Assembly (NCBI GenBank): GCA_964016885.1
Contig: OZ024743.1
Location: 221,588,001 to 221,652,000, forward strand
DNA: 64,000 nucleotides
Direction of reading: 5' to 3'
DNA from: Eledone cirrhosa
Lineage: Eukaryota
Made by a program: the position numbers and the translations under genes. Each line of letters begins with the position of its first letter. Position 1 is the first letter of the stretch. A model generated the notes under the pieces. It was not told the DNA's origin. It did no database searches and was given only the letters and a program-made list of their open reading frames with translations. Below are positions 26,643 through 40,583 of the stretch, piece by piece.

Positions 26643-26804
26643 GACAAACAAAGGAAAGGGTAATATTGTAACATTGATGGTTGTGTTTCTGTTAGTGTTG
26701 GAATTGGCGCTTGGCTGGGTTTGGTTGGTGAAACACAGAATATTCATGTAAAGATGGCCTTATGATATCTATTATGGTGATAGCAACGGTGGTGGTGGTG
26801 TCTG

Positions 26805-29800
26805 TGGTGGTGTAGTGTGGTGATAACGGTGTTAGTGTTGATGTTGGTGTTGGTGTAGTGTGGGGATAATGGTGTTAGTGTTGATGTTGGTGTTGGTGTA
26901 GTGTGGTGATAACGGTGTTAGTGTTGATGTTGGTGTAGTGTGGTGATAACGGTGTTAGTGTTGATGTTGGTGTTGGTGTAGTGTGGTGATAACGGTTTTA
27001 GTGTTGATGTTGGTGTTGGTGTAGTGTGGTGATAACGGTGTTAGTGTTGATGTTGGTGTTGGTGTAGTGTGGTGATAACGGTGTTAGTGTTGATGTTGGT
27101 GTTGGTGTAGTGTGGTGATAACGGTGTTAGTGTTGATGTTGGTGTTGGTGTAGTGTGGTGATAACGCTTTTAGTGTTGATGTTGGTGTTGGTGTAGTGTG
27201 GTGATAACGGTGTTAGTGTTGATGTTGGTGTTGGTGTAGTGTGGTGATAACGGTTTTAGTGTTGAAGTTGGTGTTGGTGTAGTGTGGTGATAACGGTTTT
27301 AGTGTTGATGTTGGTGTTGGTGTAGTGTGGTGATAACGGTTTTAGTGTTGATGTTGGTGTTGGTGTAGTGTGGTGATAACGGTTTTAGTGTTGATGTTGG
27401 TGTTGGTGTAGTGTGGTGATAACGGTTTTAGTGTTGATGTTGGTGTTGGTGTAGTGTGGTGATAACGGTGTTAGTGTTGATGTTGGTGTTGGTGTAGTGT
27501 GGGGATAACGATGTTAGTGTTTGTGTTGGTGTAGTGTGGTGATAACGGTGTTAGTGTTGATGTTGGTGTTGGTGTAGTGTGGGGATAACGGTGTTAGTGT
27601 TGATGTTGGTGTTGGTGTAGTGTGGGGATAACGGTGTTAGTGTTTGTGTTGGTGTAGTGTGGTGATTACGGTGTTAGTGTTGATGTTGGTGTTGGTGTAG
27701 TGTGGGGATAACGGTGTTAGTGTTGATGTTGGTGTTGGTGTAGTGTGGGGATAACGGTGTTAGTGTTGATGTTGGTTTTGGTGTAGTGCGGTGATAACGG
27801 TGTTAGTGTTGATGTTGGTGTTGGTGTAGTGTGGGGATAACGGTTTTAGTGTTGATGTTGGTGTTGGTGTAGTGTGGGGATAACGGTGTTAGTGTTGATG
27901 TTGGTGTTGGTGTTGTGTGGTGATAACGGTGTTAGTGTTGATGTTGGTGTTGGTGTAGTGTCGTGATAACGGTTTTAGTGTTGATGTTGGTGTTGGTGTA
28001 GTGTGGGGATAACGGTGTTAGTGTTGATGTTGGTGTTGGTGTAGTGTGGTGATAACGGTGTTAGTGTTGATGTTGGTGTTGGTGTAGTGTCGTGATAACG
28101 GTTTTAGTGTTGATGTTGGTGTTGGTGTAGTGTGGGGATAACGGTGTTAGTGTTGATGTTGGTGTTGGTGTAGTGTGGTGATAACGGTGTTAGTGTTGAT
28201 GTTGGTGTTGGTGTAGTGTGGTTATAACGGTGTTAGTGTTGATGTTGGTGTTGGTGTAGTGTGGGGATAACGGTGTTAGTGTTTGTGTTGGTGTAGTGTG
28301 GTGATAACGGTGTTAGTGTTGATGTTGGTGTTGGTGTAGTGTGGGGATAAGGGTGTTAGTGTTGATGTTGGTGTTGGTGTAGTGTGGTGATAACGGTGTT
28401 AGTGTTGATGTTGGTGTTGGTGTAGTGTGGTGATAACGGTGTTAGTGTTGATGTTGGTGTTGGTGTAGTGTGGTGACAACGGTTTTAGTGTTGATGTTGG
28501 TGTTGGTGTAGTGTGGTGATAACGGTGTTAGTGTTGATGTTGGTGTTGGTGTAGTGTGGGGATAACGGTGTTAGTGTTTGTGTTGGTGTAGTGTGGTGAT
28601 AACGGTGTTAGTGTTGATGTTGGTGTTGGTGTAGTGTGGGGATAACGGTGTTAGTGTTGATGTTGGTGTTGGTGTAGTGTGGTGATAACGGTGTTAGTGT
28701 TGATGTTGGTGTTGGTGTAGTGTGGTGATAACGGTGTTAGTGTTGATGTTGGTGTTGGTGTAGTGTGGGGATAACGGTGTTAGTGTTTGTGTTGGTGTTG
28801 GTGTAGTGTGGTGATAACGGTGTTAGTGTTGATGTTGGTGTTGGTGTAGTGTGGTGATAACGGTGTTAGTGTTGATGTTGGTGTTGGTGTAGTGTGGTGA
28901 TAACGGTGTTAGTGTTGATGTTGGTGTTGGTGTAGTGTGGGGATAACGGTGTTAGTGTTTGTGTTGGTGTTGGTGTAGTGTGGTGATAACGGTGTTAGTG
29001 TTGATGTTGGTGTTGGTGTAGTGTGGGGATAACGGTGTTAGTGTTGATGTTGGTGTTGGTGTAGTGTGGTGATAACGGTGTTAGTGTTGTGTTGGTGTTG
29101 GTGTTGGTGTAGTGTGGGGATAACGGTGTTAGTGTTTGTATGGGTGTAGTGTGGTGATAACGGTGTTAGTGTTGATGTTGGTGTTGGTGTAGTGTGGTGA
29201 TAACGGTGTTAGTGTTGATGTTGGTGTTGGTGTAGTGTGGGGATAACGGTGTTAGTGTTTGTATGGGTGTAGTGTGGTGATAACGGTGTTAGTGTTGATG
29301 TTGGTGTTGGTGTAGTGTGGGGATAACGGTGTTAGTGTTGATGTTGGTGTTGGTGTAGTGTGGGGATAACGGTGTTAGTGTTTGTATGGGTGTAGTGTGG
29401 TGATAACGGTGTTAGTGTTGATGTTGGTGTTGGTGTAGTGTGGTGATAACGGTGTTAGTGTTGATGTTGGTGTTGGTGTAGTGTGGTGATAAGGGTGTTA
29501 GTGTTGATGTTGGTGTTGGTGTAGTGTGGTGATAACGGTTTTAGTGTTGATGTTGGTGTTGGTGTAGTGTGGTGATAACGGTGTTAGTGTTGATGTTGGT
29601 GTTGGTGTAGTGTGGTGATAACGGTTTTAGTGTTGATGTTGGTGTTGGTGTAGTGTGGTGATAACGGTGTTAGTGTTGATGTTGGTGTTGGTGTAGTGTG
29701 GTGATAACGGTGTTAGTGTTGATGTTGGTGTTGGTGTAGTGTGGTGATAACGGTGTTAGTGTTGATGTTGGTGTTGGTGTAGTGTGGTGATAACGGTGTT

Positions 29801-32800
29801 AGTGTTGATGTTGGTGTTGGTGTAGTGTGGTGATAACGATGTTAGTTTTGGTGTTGGTGTTGGGTGGTGATAACAGTGTTAGTGTTGATGTTTGTGTTGC
29901 TGTAGTGTGGTGACAACGATGTTAGTTTTGGTGTTGGTGTTGGGTGGTGATAACGGTGTTAGTGTTGATGTTGGTGTTGGTGTAGTGTGGTGACAACGAT
30001 GTTAGTTTTGGTGTTGGTGTTGGGTGGTGATAACGGTGTTAGTGTTGATGTAGTGTTGGTGTAGTGTGGCGATAACGGTGTTAGTGTTGATGTAGTGTTG
30101 GTGTAGTGTGGTGATAACGGTGTTAGTATTGATGTTGGTGTTGCTGTAGTGTGGTGACAACGATGTTAGTGTTGATGTTGGTGTTGGTGTTGGGTGGTGA
30201 TAACGGTGTTAGTGTTGATATTGGTGTTGGTGTTGGTGTTGTGTGGTGATAACGGTGTTAGTGTTGATGTTGGTGTTGGTTTAGTGTGGTGATAACGGTG
30301 TTAGTGTTGATGTAGTGTTGGTGTAGTGTGGTGATCACGGTGTTAGTATTGATGTTGGTGTTGCTGTAGTGTGGTGACAACGATGTTAGTGTTGGTGTTG
30401 GTGTTGGGTGGTGATAACGGTGTTAGTGTTGATGTTGGTGTTGGTGTAGTGTGGTGATAACGGTGTTAGTGTTGATGTTGGTATTGGTGTAGTGTGGTGA
30501 TAACGGTGTTAGTGTTGATGTTGGTGTTGCTGTAGTGTGGTGATAACGGTGTTAGTGTTGATGTTGGTGTTGGTGTAGTGTGGTGATAACGGTGTTAGTG
30601 TTGATGTTGGTGTTAGTGTAGTGTGGTGATAACACTGTTAGTGTTGATGTTGGTGTTGGTGTAGTGTGGTGATAACGGTGTTAGTGTTGATGTTGGTATT
30701 GGTGTAGTGTGGTGATAACGGTGTTAGTGTTGATGTTGGTGTTGGTGTAGTGTGGTGATAACGGTGTTAGTGTTGATGTTTGTGGTGGTGTAGTGTGGTG
30801 ATAACGGTGTTAGTGTTGATATTGGTGTTGGTGTAGTGTGGTGATAACGGTGTTAGTGTTTGTGTTGGTGTTGCTGTAGTGTGGTGATAACGGTGTTAGT
30901 GTTGATGTTGGTGTTGGTGTAGTGTGGGGATAACGGTGTTAGTGTTGGTGTTTGTGGTGGTGTAGTGTGGTGATAACGGTGTTAGTGTTGATGTTGGTGT
31001 AGTGTGGGGGTAGCGCTGTTAGTGTTGATGTTGGTGTTGGTGTAGTGTGGTGATAACGGTGTTACTGTTGATGTTGGTGTTGGTGTAGTGTGGTGATAAC
31101 GGTGTTAGTGTTGATGTTGGTGTTGGTGTAGTGTGGTGATAACGGTATTAGTGTTGATGTTGGTGTTGGTGTAGTGTGGTGATAACGGTGTTAGTGTTGA
31201 TGTTGGTGTTGCTGTAGTGTGGTGATAACGGTGTTAGTGTTGATGTTGGTGTTGGTGTAGTGTGGTGATAAGGGTGTTAGTGTTGATGTTGGTGTTGGTG
31301 TAGTGTGGTGACAACGGTGTTAGTGTTGATGTTGATGTTGCTGTAGTGTGGTGACAACGATGTTAGTGTTGGTGTTGGTGTTCGGTGGTAATAACGGTGT
31401 TAGTGTTGATGTTGGTGTTGGTGTGGTGTGGTGATAACGGTGTTAGTGTTGATGTTGGTGTTGGTGTAGTGTGGTGATAACGGTGTTAGTGTTGATGTTG
31501 GTGTTGGTGTAGTGTGGTGATAACGGTGTTAGTGTTGATGTTGGTGTTGCTGTAGTGTGGTGATAACGGTGTTAGTGTTGATGTTGGTGTTGGTGTAGTG
31601 TGGTGATAAGGGTGTTAGTGTTGATGTTGGTGTTGGTGTAGTGTGGTGACAACGGTGTTAGTGTTGATGTTGATGTTGCTGTAGTGTGGTGACAACGATG
31701 TTAGTGTTGGTGTTGGTGTTCGGTGGTGATAACGGTGTTAGTGTTGATGTTGGTGTTGGTGTGGTGTGGTGATAACGGTGTTAGTGTTGATGTTGGTGTT
31801 GGTGTAGTGTGGTGATAACGGTGTTAGTGTTGATGTTGGTGTTGGTGTAGTGTGGTGATAACGGTATTAGTGTTGATGTAGTGTTGGTGTAGTGTGGTGA
31901 TAACGGTATTAGTGTTGATGTTGGTGTTGGTGTAGTGTGGTGATAACGGTGATAGTGTTGATGTTAGTGTTGGTGTAGTGTGGTGATAACGGTGTTAGTG
32001 TTTGTGTTGGTGTTGGTGTTGGTGTTGGTGTAGTGTGGTGATAACGGTGTTAGTGTTGATGTTGGTGTTGGTGTTGGGTGGTGATAATGGTGTTAGTGTT
32101 GATGTTGGTGTTGGTGTTGGGTGGTGATAACGGTGTTAGTGTTGATGTTGGTGTTGGTGTTGGGTGGTGATAACGGTGTTAGTGTTGATGTTGGTGTTGG
32201 TGTAGTGTGGTGATAACGGTGTTAGTGTTGATGTAGTGTTGGTGTTGGTGTTGGGTGGTGACAACGATGTTAGTGTTGATGTTGGTGTTGGTGTTGGGTG
32301 GTGATAACGGTGTTAGTGTTGATGTTGGTGTTGGTGTTGGGTGGTGATAACGGTGTTAGTGTTGATGTTGGTGTTGGTGTAGTGTGGTGATAACGGTGTT
32401 AGTGTTGATGTAGTGTTGGTGTAGTGTGGTGATAACGGTGTTAGTATTGATGTTGTTGTTGCTGTAGTGTGGTGACAACGATGTTAGTGTTGATGTTGGT
32501 GTTGGGTGGTGATAACGGTGTTAGTGTTGATGTTGGTGTTGGTGTAGTGTGGTGGTAACGGTGTTAGTGTTGATGTTGGTATTGGTGTAGTGTGGTGATA
32601 ACGATGTTAGTATTGATGTTTGTATTGGTGTAGTGTGGTGATAACGGTGTTAGTATTGATGTTGGTGTTGCTGTAGTGTGGTGACAACGATGTTAGTTTG
32701 GTGTTGGTGTTGGGTGGGGATAACGGTGTTAGTGTTGATGTTGGTGTTGGTGTAGTGTGGTGATAACGGTGTTAGTGTTGATGTTGGTGTTGGTGTAGTG

Positions 32801-35800
32801 TGGTGATAACGGTGTTAGTGTTGATGTTAGTGTTGGTGTAGTGTGGTGATAACGGTGTTAGTGTTTGTGTTGCTGTTGATGTTGGTGTTTGTGTAGTGTG
32901 GTGATAACGGTGTTAGTGTTGGTGTTGGTGTTGGTATAGTGTGGTGATAACTGTGTTAGTGTTGATGTTGGTGTTGGTGTAGTGTGGTGATAACGGTGTT
33001 AGTCTTGATGTTGGTGTTTGTGTAGTGTGCTGATAACGGTGTTAGTGTTGATGTTGGTGTTGGTGTAGTGTGGTGATAACGGTGTTTGTGTTGATGTTGG
33101 TGTTGGTGTAGTGTGGTGATAACGGTGTTAGTGTTGATGTTGGTGTTGGTGTAGTGCGGTGATAACGGTGTTAGTGTTGATGTTGGTATTGGTGTAGTGT
33201 GAAGATAACGGTGTTAGTGTTGCTGTTTGATTTTGTTGTAGTGTGGTGATAACGGTGTTAGTGTTGATGTTGGTGTTGGTGTAGTGTGGTGATAAGGGTG
33301 TTAGTGTTGGTGTTTAATTTTGTTGTAGTGTGGTGATAACGGTGTTAGTGTTGATGTTGGTGTAGTGTGGTGATAATGGTGTTAGTGGTGGTGCTTCATT
33401 TTGGTGTAGTGTGGTGATAACGGTGTTAGTGTTGATGTTGGTGTTGGTGTAGTGTGGTGATAACGGTGTTAGTGTTGATGTTGGTGTTGGTGTAGTGTGG
33501 TGATAACGGTGTTAGTCTTGATGTTGGTGTTTGTGTAGTGTGCTGATAACGGTGTTAGTGTTGATGTTGGTGTTGGTGTAGTGTGGTGATAACGGTGTTG
33601 TTGTTGATGTTTGTGTTGGTGTAGTGTGGTGATAACGATGTTGGTGTTGATGTTTGTGTTGGTGTAGTGTGGTAATAACGGTGTTGTTGTTGATGTTTGC
33701 GTTGGTGTAGAGTGGTGATAACGATGTTGTTGTTGATGTTTGTGTTGGTGTAGTGTGGTGATAACGGTGTTAGTGTTGATGTTGGTTTGGTGTAGTGTGG
33801 TGATAATGGTGTTAGTGTTGGTGCTTGATTTTGGTGTCGTGTGGTGATAACGGTGTTAGTGTTGATATTGTTGTTGGTGTAGTGTGGTGATAGCGGTGTT
33901 AGTGTTGATGTTTGTATGGGTGTAGTGTGGTGATAACGGTTTTAGTGTTGATGTTGGTGTTGGTGTAGTGTGGTGATAACGGTTTTAGTGTTGATGTTGG
34001 TGTTGGTGTAGTGTGGTGATAACGGTGTTAGTGTTGATGTTGGTGTTGGTGTAGTGCGGTGATAACGGTGTTAGTGTTGATGTTGGTATTGGTGTAGTGT
34101 GAAGATAACGGTGTTAGTGTTGCTGTTTGATTTTGTTGTAGTGTGGTGATAACGGTGTTAGTGTTGATGTTTGTATGGGTGTAGTGTGGTGATAACGGTT
34201 TTAGTGTTGATGTTGGTGTTGGTGTAGTGTGGTGATAACGGTGTTTGTGTTGATGTTGGTGTTGGTGTAGTGTGGTGATAACGGTGTTAGTGTTGATGTT
34301 GGTGTTGGTGTAGTGCGGTGATAACGGTGTTAGTGTTGATGTTGGTATTGGTGTAGTGTGAAGATAACGGTGTTAGTGTTGCTGTTTGATTTTGTTGTAG
34401 TGTGGTGATAACGGTGTTAGTGTTGATGTTGGTGTTGGTGTAGTGTGGTGATAAGGGTGTTAGTGTTGGTGTTTAATTTTGTTGTAGTGTGGTGATAACG
34501 GTGTTAGTGTTGATGTTGGTGTAGTGTGGTGATAATGGTGTTAGTGGTGGTGCTTCATTTTGGTGTAGTGTGGTGATAACGGTGTTAGTGTTGATGTTGG
34601 TGTTGGTGTAGTGTGGTGATAACGGTGTTAGTGTTGATGTTGGTGTTGGTGTAGTGTGGTGATAACGGTGTTAGTCTTGATGTTGGTGTTTGTGTAGTGT
34701 GCTGATAACGGTGTTAGTGTTGATGTTGGTGTTGGTGTAGTGTGGTGATAACGGTGTTGTTGTTGATGTTTGTGTTGGTGTAGTGTGGTGATAACGATGT
34801 TGGTGTTGATGTTTGTGTTGGTGTAGTGTGGTAATAACGGTGTTGTTGTTGATGTTTGCGTTGGTGTAGAGTGGTGATAACGATGTTGTTGTTGATGTTT
34901 GTGTTGGTGTAGTGTGGTGATAACGGTGTTAGTGTTGATGTTGGTTTGGTGTAGTGTGGTGATAATGGTGTTAGTGTTGGTGCTTGATTTTGGTGTCGTG
35001 TGGTGATAACGGTGTTAGTGTTGATATTGTTGTTGGTGTAGTGTGGTGATAGCGGTGTTAGTGTTGATGTTTGTATGGGTGTAGTGTGGTGATAACGGTT
35101 TTAGTGTTGATGTTGGTGTTGGTGTAGTGTGGTGATAACGGTTTTAGTGTTGATGTTGGTGTTGGTGTAGTGTAGTGATAACACTGTTAGTGTTGATGTT
35201 GGTGTTGGTGTAGTGTGGTGATAACGGTGTTAGTGTTGATGTTGGTGTTGGTGTAGTGTGGTGATAACGGTGTTAGTGTTGATGTTGGTGTTGGTGAAGT
35301 GTGGTGATAACGGTTTTAGTGTTGATGTTGGTGTTGGTGTAGTGTAGTGATAACACTGTTAGTGTTGATGTTGGTGTTGGTGTAGTGTGGTGATAACGGT
35401 GTTAGTGTTGATGTTGGTGTTGGTGTAGTGTGGTGATAACGGTTTTAGTGTTGATGTTGGTGTTGGTGTAGTGTAGTGATAACACTGTTAGTGTTGATGT
35501 TGGTGTTGGTGTAGTGTGGTGATAACGGTGTTTGTGTTGATGTTGGTGTTGGTGTAGTGTGTTGATAACGGTGTTAGTGTTGATGTTGGTGTTGGTGTAG
35601 TGCGGTGATAACGGTGTTAGTGTTGATGTTGGTATTGGTGTAGTGTGAAGATAACGGTGTTAGTGTTGCTGTTTGATTTTGTTGTAGTGTGGTGATAACG
35701 GTGTTAGTGTTGATGTTGGTGTTGGTGTAGTGTGGTGATAAGGGTGTTAGTGTTGGTGTTTAATTTTGTTGTAGTGTGGTGATAACGGTGTTAGTGTTGA

Positions 35801-38800
35801 TGTTGGTGTAGTGTGGTGATAATGGTGTTAGTGGTGGTGCTTCATTTTGGTGTAGTGTGGTGATAACGGTGTTAGTGTTGATGTTGGTGTTGGTGTAGTG
35901 TGGTGATAACGGTGTTAGTGTTGATGTTGGTGTTGGTGTAGTGTGGTGATAACGGTGTTAGTCTTGATGTTGGTGTTTGTGTAGTGTGCTGATAACGGTG
36001 TTAGTGTTGATGTTGGTGTTGGTGTAGTGTGGTGATAACGGTGTTGTTGTTGATGTTTGTGTTGGTGTAGTGTGGTGATAACGATGTTGGTGTTGATGTT
36101 TGTGTTGGTGTAGTGTGGTAATAACGGTGTTGTTGTTGATGTTTGCGTTGGTGTAAAGTGGTGATAACGATGTTGTTGTTGATGTTTGTGTTGGTGTAGT
36201 GTGGTGATAACGGTGTTAGTGTTGATGTTGGTTTGGTGTAGTGTGGTGATAATGGTGTTAGTGTTGGTGCTTGATTTTGGTGTCGTGTGGTGATAACGGT
36301 GTTAGTGTTGATATTGTTGTTGGTGTAGTGTGGTGATAGCGGTGTTAGTGTTGATGTTTATATGGGTGTAGTGTGGTGATAACGGTTTTAGTGTTGATGT
36401 TGGTGTTGGTGTAGTGTGGTGATAACGGTTTTAGTGTTGATGTTGGTGTTGGTGTAGTGTGGTGATAACGGTGTTAGTGTTGATGTTGGTGTTGGTGTAG
36501 TGCGGTGATAACGGTGTTAGTGTTGATGTTGGTATTGGTGTAGTGTGAAGATAACGGTGTTAGTGTTGCTGTTTGATTTTGTTGTAGTGTGGTGATAACG
36601 GTGTTAGTGTTGATGTTTGTATGGGTGTAGTGTGGTGATAACGGTTTTAGTGTTGATGTTGGTGTTGGTGTAGTGTGGTGATAACGGTGTTTGTGTTGAT
36701 GTTGGTGTTGGTGTAGTGTGGTGATAAGGGTGTTAGTGTTGATGTTGGTGTTGGTGTAGTGTGGTGACAACGGTGTTAGTGTTGATGTTGATGTTGCTGT
36801 AGTGTGGTGACAACGATGTTAGTGTTGGTGTTGGTGTTCGGTGGTGATAACGGTGTTAGTGTTGATGTTGGTGTTGGTGTGGTGTGGTGATAACGGTGTT
36901 AGTGTTGATGTTGGTGTTGGTGTAGTGTGGTGATAACGGTGTTAGTGTTGATGTTGGTGTTGGTGTAGTGTGGTGATAACGGTATTAGTGTTGATGTAGT
37001 GTTGGTGTAGTGTGGTGATAACGGTATTAGTGTTGATGTTGGTGTTGGTGTAGTGTGGTGATAACGGTGTTAGTGTTGATGTTAGTGTTGGTGTAGTGTG
37101 GTGATAACGGTGTTAGTGTTTGTGTTGGTGTTGGTGTTGGTGTTGGTGTAGTGTGGTGATAACGGTGTTAGTGTTGATGTTGGTGTTGGTGTTGGGTGGT
37201 GATAATGGTGTTAGTGTTGATGTTGGTGTTGGTGTTGGGTGGTGATAACGGTGTTAGTGTTGATGTTGGTGTTGGTGTTGGGTGGTGATAACGGTGTTGT
37301 TGTTGATGTTTGTGTTGGTGTAGTGTGGTGATAACGATGTTGGTGTTGATGTTTGTGTTGGTGTAGTGTGGTAATAACGGTGTTGTTGTTGATGTTTGTG
37401 TTGGTGTAGTGTGGTGATAACGGTGTTAGTGTTGATGTTGGTTTGGTGTAGTGTGGTGATAATGGTGTTAGTGTTGGTGCTTGATTTTGGTGTCGTGTGG
37501 TGATAACGGTGTTAGTGTTGATATTGTTGTTGGTGTAGTGTGGTGATAGCGGTGTTAGTGTTGATGTTTGTATGGGTGTAGTGTGGTGATAACGGTTTTA
37601 GTGTTGATGTTGGTGTTGGTGTAGTGTGGTGATAACGGTTTTAGTGTTGATGTTGGTGTTGGTGTAGTGTAGTGATAACACTGTTAGTGTTGATGTTGGT
37701 GTTGGTGTAGTGTGGTGATAACGGTGTTAGTGTTGATGTTGGTGTTGGTGTAGTGTGGTGATAACGGTGTTAGTGTTGATGTTGGTGTTGGTGAAGTGTG
37801 GTGATAACGGTTTTAGTGTTGATGTTGGTGTTGGTGTAGTGTAGTGATAACACTGTTAGTGTTGATGTTGGTGTTGGTGTAGTGTGGTGATAACGGTGTT
37901 AGTGTTGATGTTGGTGTTGGTGTAGTGTGGTGATAACGGTTTTAGTGTTGATGTTGGTGTTGGTGTAGTGTAGTGATAACACTGTTAGTGTTGATGTTGG
38001 TGTTGGTGTAGTGTGGTGATAACGGTGTTAGTGTTGATGTTGGTGTTGGTGTAGTGTGGTGATAACGGTGTTAGTGTTGATGTTGGTGTTGGTGAAGTGT
38101 GGTGATAACGGTGTTAGTGTTGATGTTGGTGTTGGTGTAGTGTGGTGATAACGGTGTTAGTGTTGATGTTGGTGTTGGTGTAGTGTGGTGATAACGGTGT
38201 TAGTGTTGATGTTGGTGTTGGTGAAGTGTGGTGATAACGGTGTTAGTGTTGATGTTGGTGTTGGTGAAGTGTGGTGATAACGGTGTTAGTGTTGATGTTG
38301 GTGTTGGTGTAGTGTGGTGATAACGGTGTTAGTGTTGATGTTGGTGTTGGTGTAGTGTGGTGATAACGGTGTTAGTGTTGATGTTGGTGTTGGTGAAGTG
38401 TGGTGATAACGGTGTTAGTGTTGATGTTGGTGTTGGTGTAGTGTGGTGATAACGGTGTTAGTGTTGATGTTGGTGTTGGTGAAGTGTGGTGATAACGGTG
38501 TTAGTGTTGATGTTGGTGTTGGTGTAGTGTGGTGATAACGGTGTTAGTGTTGATGTTGGTGTTGGTGTAGTGTGGTGATAACGGTGTTAGTGTTGATGTT
38601 GGTGTTGGTGTAGTGTGGTGATAATGGTCTTAGTGTTGATGTTGGTGTTGGTGTAGTGTGCTGATAACGGTGTTGTTGTTGATGTTTGTGTTGATGTAGT
38701 GTGGTGATAACGATGTTGGTGTTGATGTTTGTGTTGGTGTAGTGTGGTGATAACGGTGTTGTTGTTGATGTTTGTGTTGGTGTAGTGTGGTGATAACGAT

Positions 38801-39060
38801 GTTGGTGTTGATGTTTGTGTTGGTGTAGTGTGGTGATCACGATGTTGGTGTTGATGTTGGTGTAGTGTGGTGATAACGGTGTTAGTGTTTGTGTTGGTGT
38901 TGGTGTTGGTGTTGGTGTTGGTGTTGGTGTAGTGTCGTGATAACGGTGTTAGTGCTGATGTTGATGTTGGTGTAGAGTGGTGATAACAGTGTTAGTGTTA
39001 ATGTTGATGTTGGTGTAGTGTGGTGATAGCGATGGTGGTGTTGGTATAGTGTGGTGATAA
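26805..39060. repeat. 43-bp satellite array (~12.2 kb, roughly 280-290 monomers) with higher-order repeats
   Basis: Consensus GGTGTAGTGTGGTGATAACGGTGTTAGTGTTGATGTTGGTGTT, with diagnostic variant monomers recurring in fixed order. Confidence 0.97.
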
Positions 39061-39764
39061 TTATAGTTGTGTTGGTGTTGTTTCATTGAGGATAGTGATG
39101 GTATTTTTAGTGTTGCCGTTGGTGTAGTGTAGTAATAATAATGTATGGTACTGGTATTAGTATAGTGGGGTGAAAGCGATGGTTATATTGGTGTTGGTAT
39201 TGATGTAGTGTGGTGATAGCTATGATGATATTGGCGGCGGGTGTTGGTGTTGTGAAGACATGAGTGTGGATAGATGTGGTCATCTTACAAAAGCCTGATT
39301 TATAGTATAAGAAACACAAACTGGAAACATCAATACTCAATCATTGTATTTATTGTTGAACCATTGCCAGAAATATCGAAAGTAATCAATACAATAGACA
39401 TCTATAAACTGTGATTATCTCTGTATGATTATCTAACTTCTCTCAGTAAGCAAACTATTCTCGTAAAACAGATGCCAGCAAAGCTATAAACAGAAAAACA
39501 AAAAGAAATATTCGGAGGTAATGGGTAGGGTAGATGTGTGTGAGTGTGTGAGTGTATATGTGTGTGGGGGGGTGGGGGGATAAATATTTTTTTGGTTTTC
39601 TTAATGTTTATATTATATGACTGTTTGTTATATACAAAGAATACATTCTGCATACGAAAGCAATGGAATTTTCGGGTGAAATCTGAATTTTTATTAGATA
39701 ACATTTTTTTATTGTGTCAGTCATATGTACACACACATTACAAATACTTACACACACACACGCA

Positions 39765-39796
<32 letters not shown>

Positions 39797-40583
39797 TAAA
39801 TATATATGTATGTACACAAATATACACACATATATATTTCTATAATATTTCCAAGTGTGTATATTCTATGCGTGTATATTCGCCTTATATATATGAGATT
39901 ACAACCAACAGTTCCACATTTTTTTTTTACGAAAATTCTTCCCTGTCACATCACAGATTGTTACTAATGTTGTTGGCTAGCTGCAGGTGAACTGTTAACA
40001 ATCCGTTTTTACTTTATTGGTTTTTAAGATATGATGGATCATGCTTCAGTTTCGACGATGAGCAAAATGTTGTTTGATCAACTGAATTAACGTGTAGGTG
40101 ATTCAGTATTCCAGAAACATGTACGCTTAACATTGTTCTCAAGCATAATAAGGGTGACATGGTAGTGATAAAGTCTTACCCTATGAAGTACAGGTACAAT
40201 CCAACTGACGGGCTTCCACACAATACCACCGTGTACCTAATTTCCTTTAAAATGTTTGGGTTTAACTAAGGCCACCATACAGAACTTCTCTCACAGTGGG
40301 ATTGAACACGATATTCATAATTGTGGAAGGAACTCCTTAACCACTTACTCATGGCTGGGGTATATTTTGTCCTGAACTAAATTAACATACATGCCTTTTT
40401 CCTCTCTTAATACGGTAGTGTGATTTTAATCAAAGTTTGTCGTAATTTCTAACAGGTCCAGCGACCACGCCACTTGATCCTAGAATGATACCTTAGAAAT
40501 TAACTGGGAGATCTTTACGGTATAAATAAAACATCACATCTGTCTTGTTCTCCATTGTTTTGTGTTTATCATATATTATTATT

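Noticed and set aside
22907-26674. His/Pro/Thr-rich ORFs (extensin- or histidine-rich-protein-like)
   Set aside because: The repeat units are not multiples of three, so the peptides cycle through all frames and stop at variant units. These are satellite read-through.
26805-39060. CRISPR-like or telomeric array
   Set aside because: Monomers are contiguous with no unique spacers, there are no cas genes, the context is eukaryotic, and there are no (TTAGGG)n runs.
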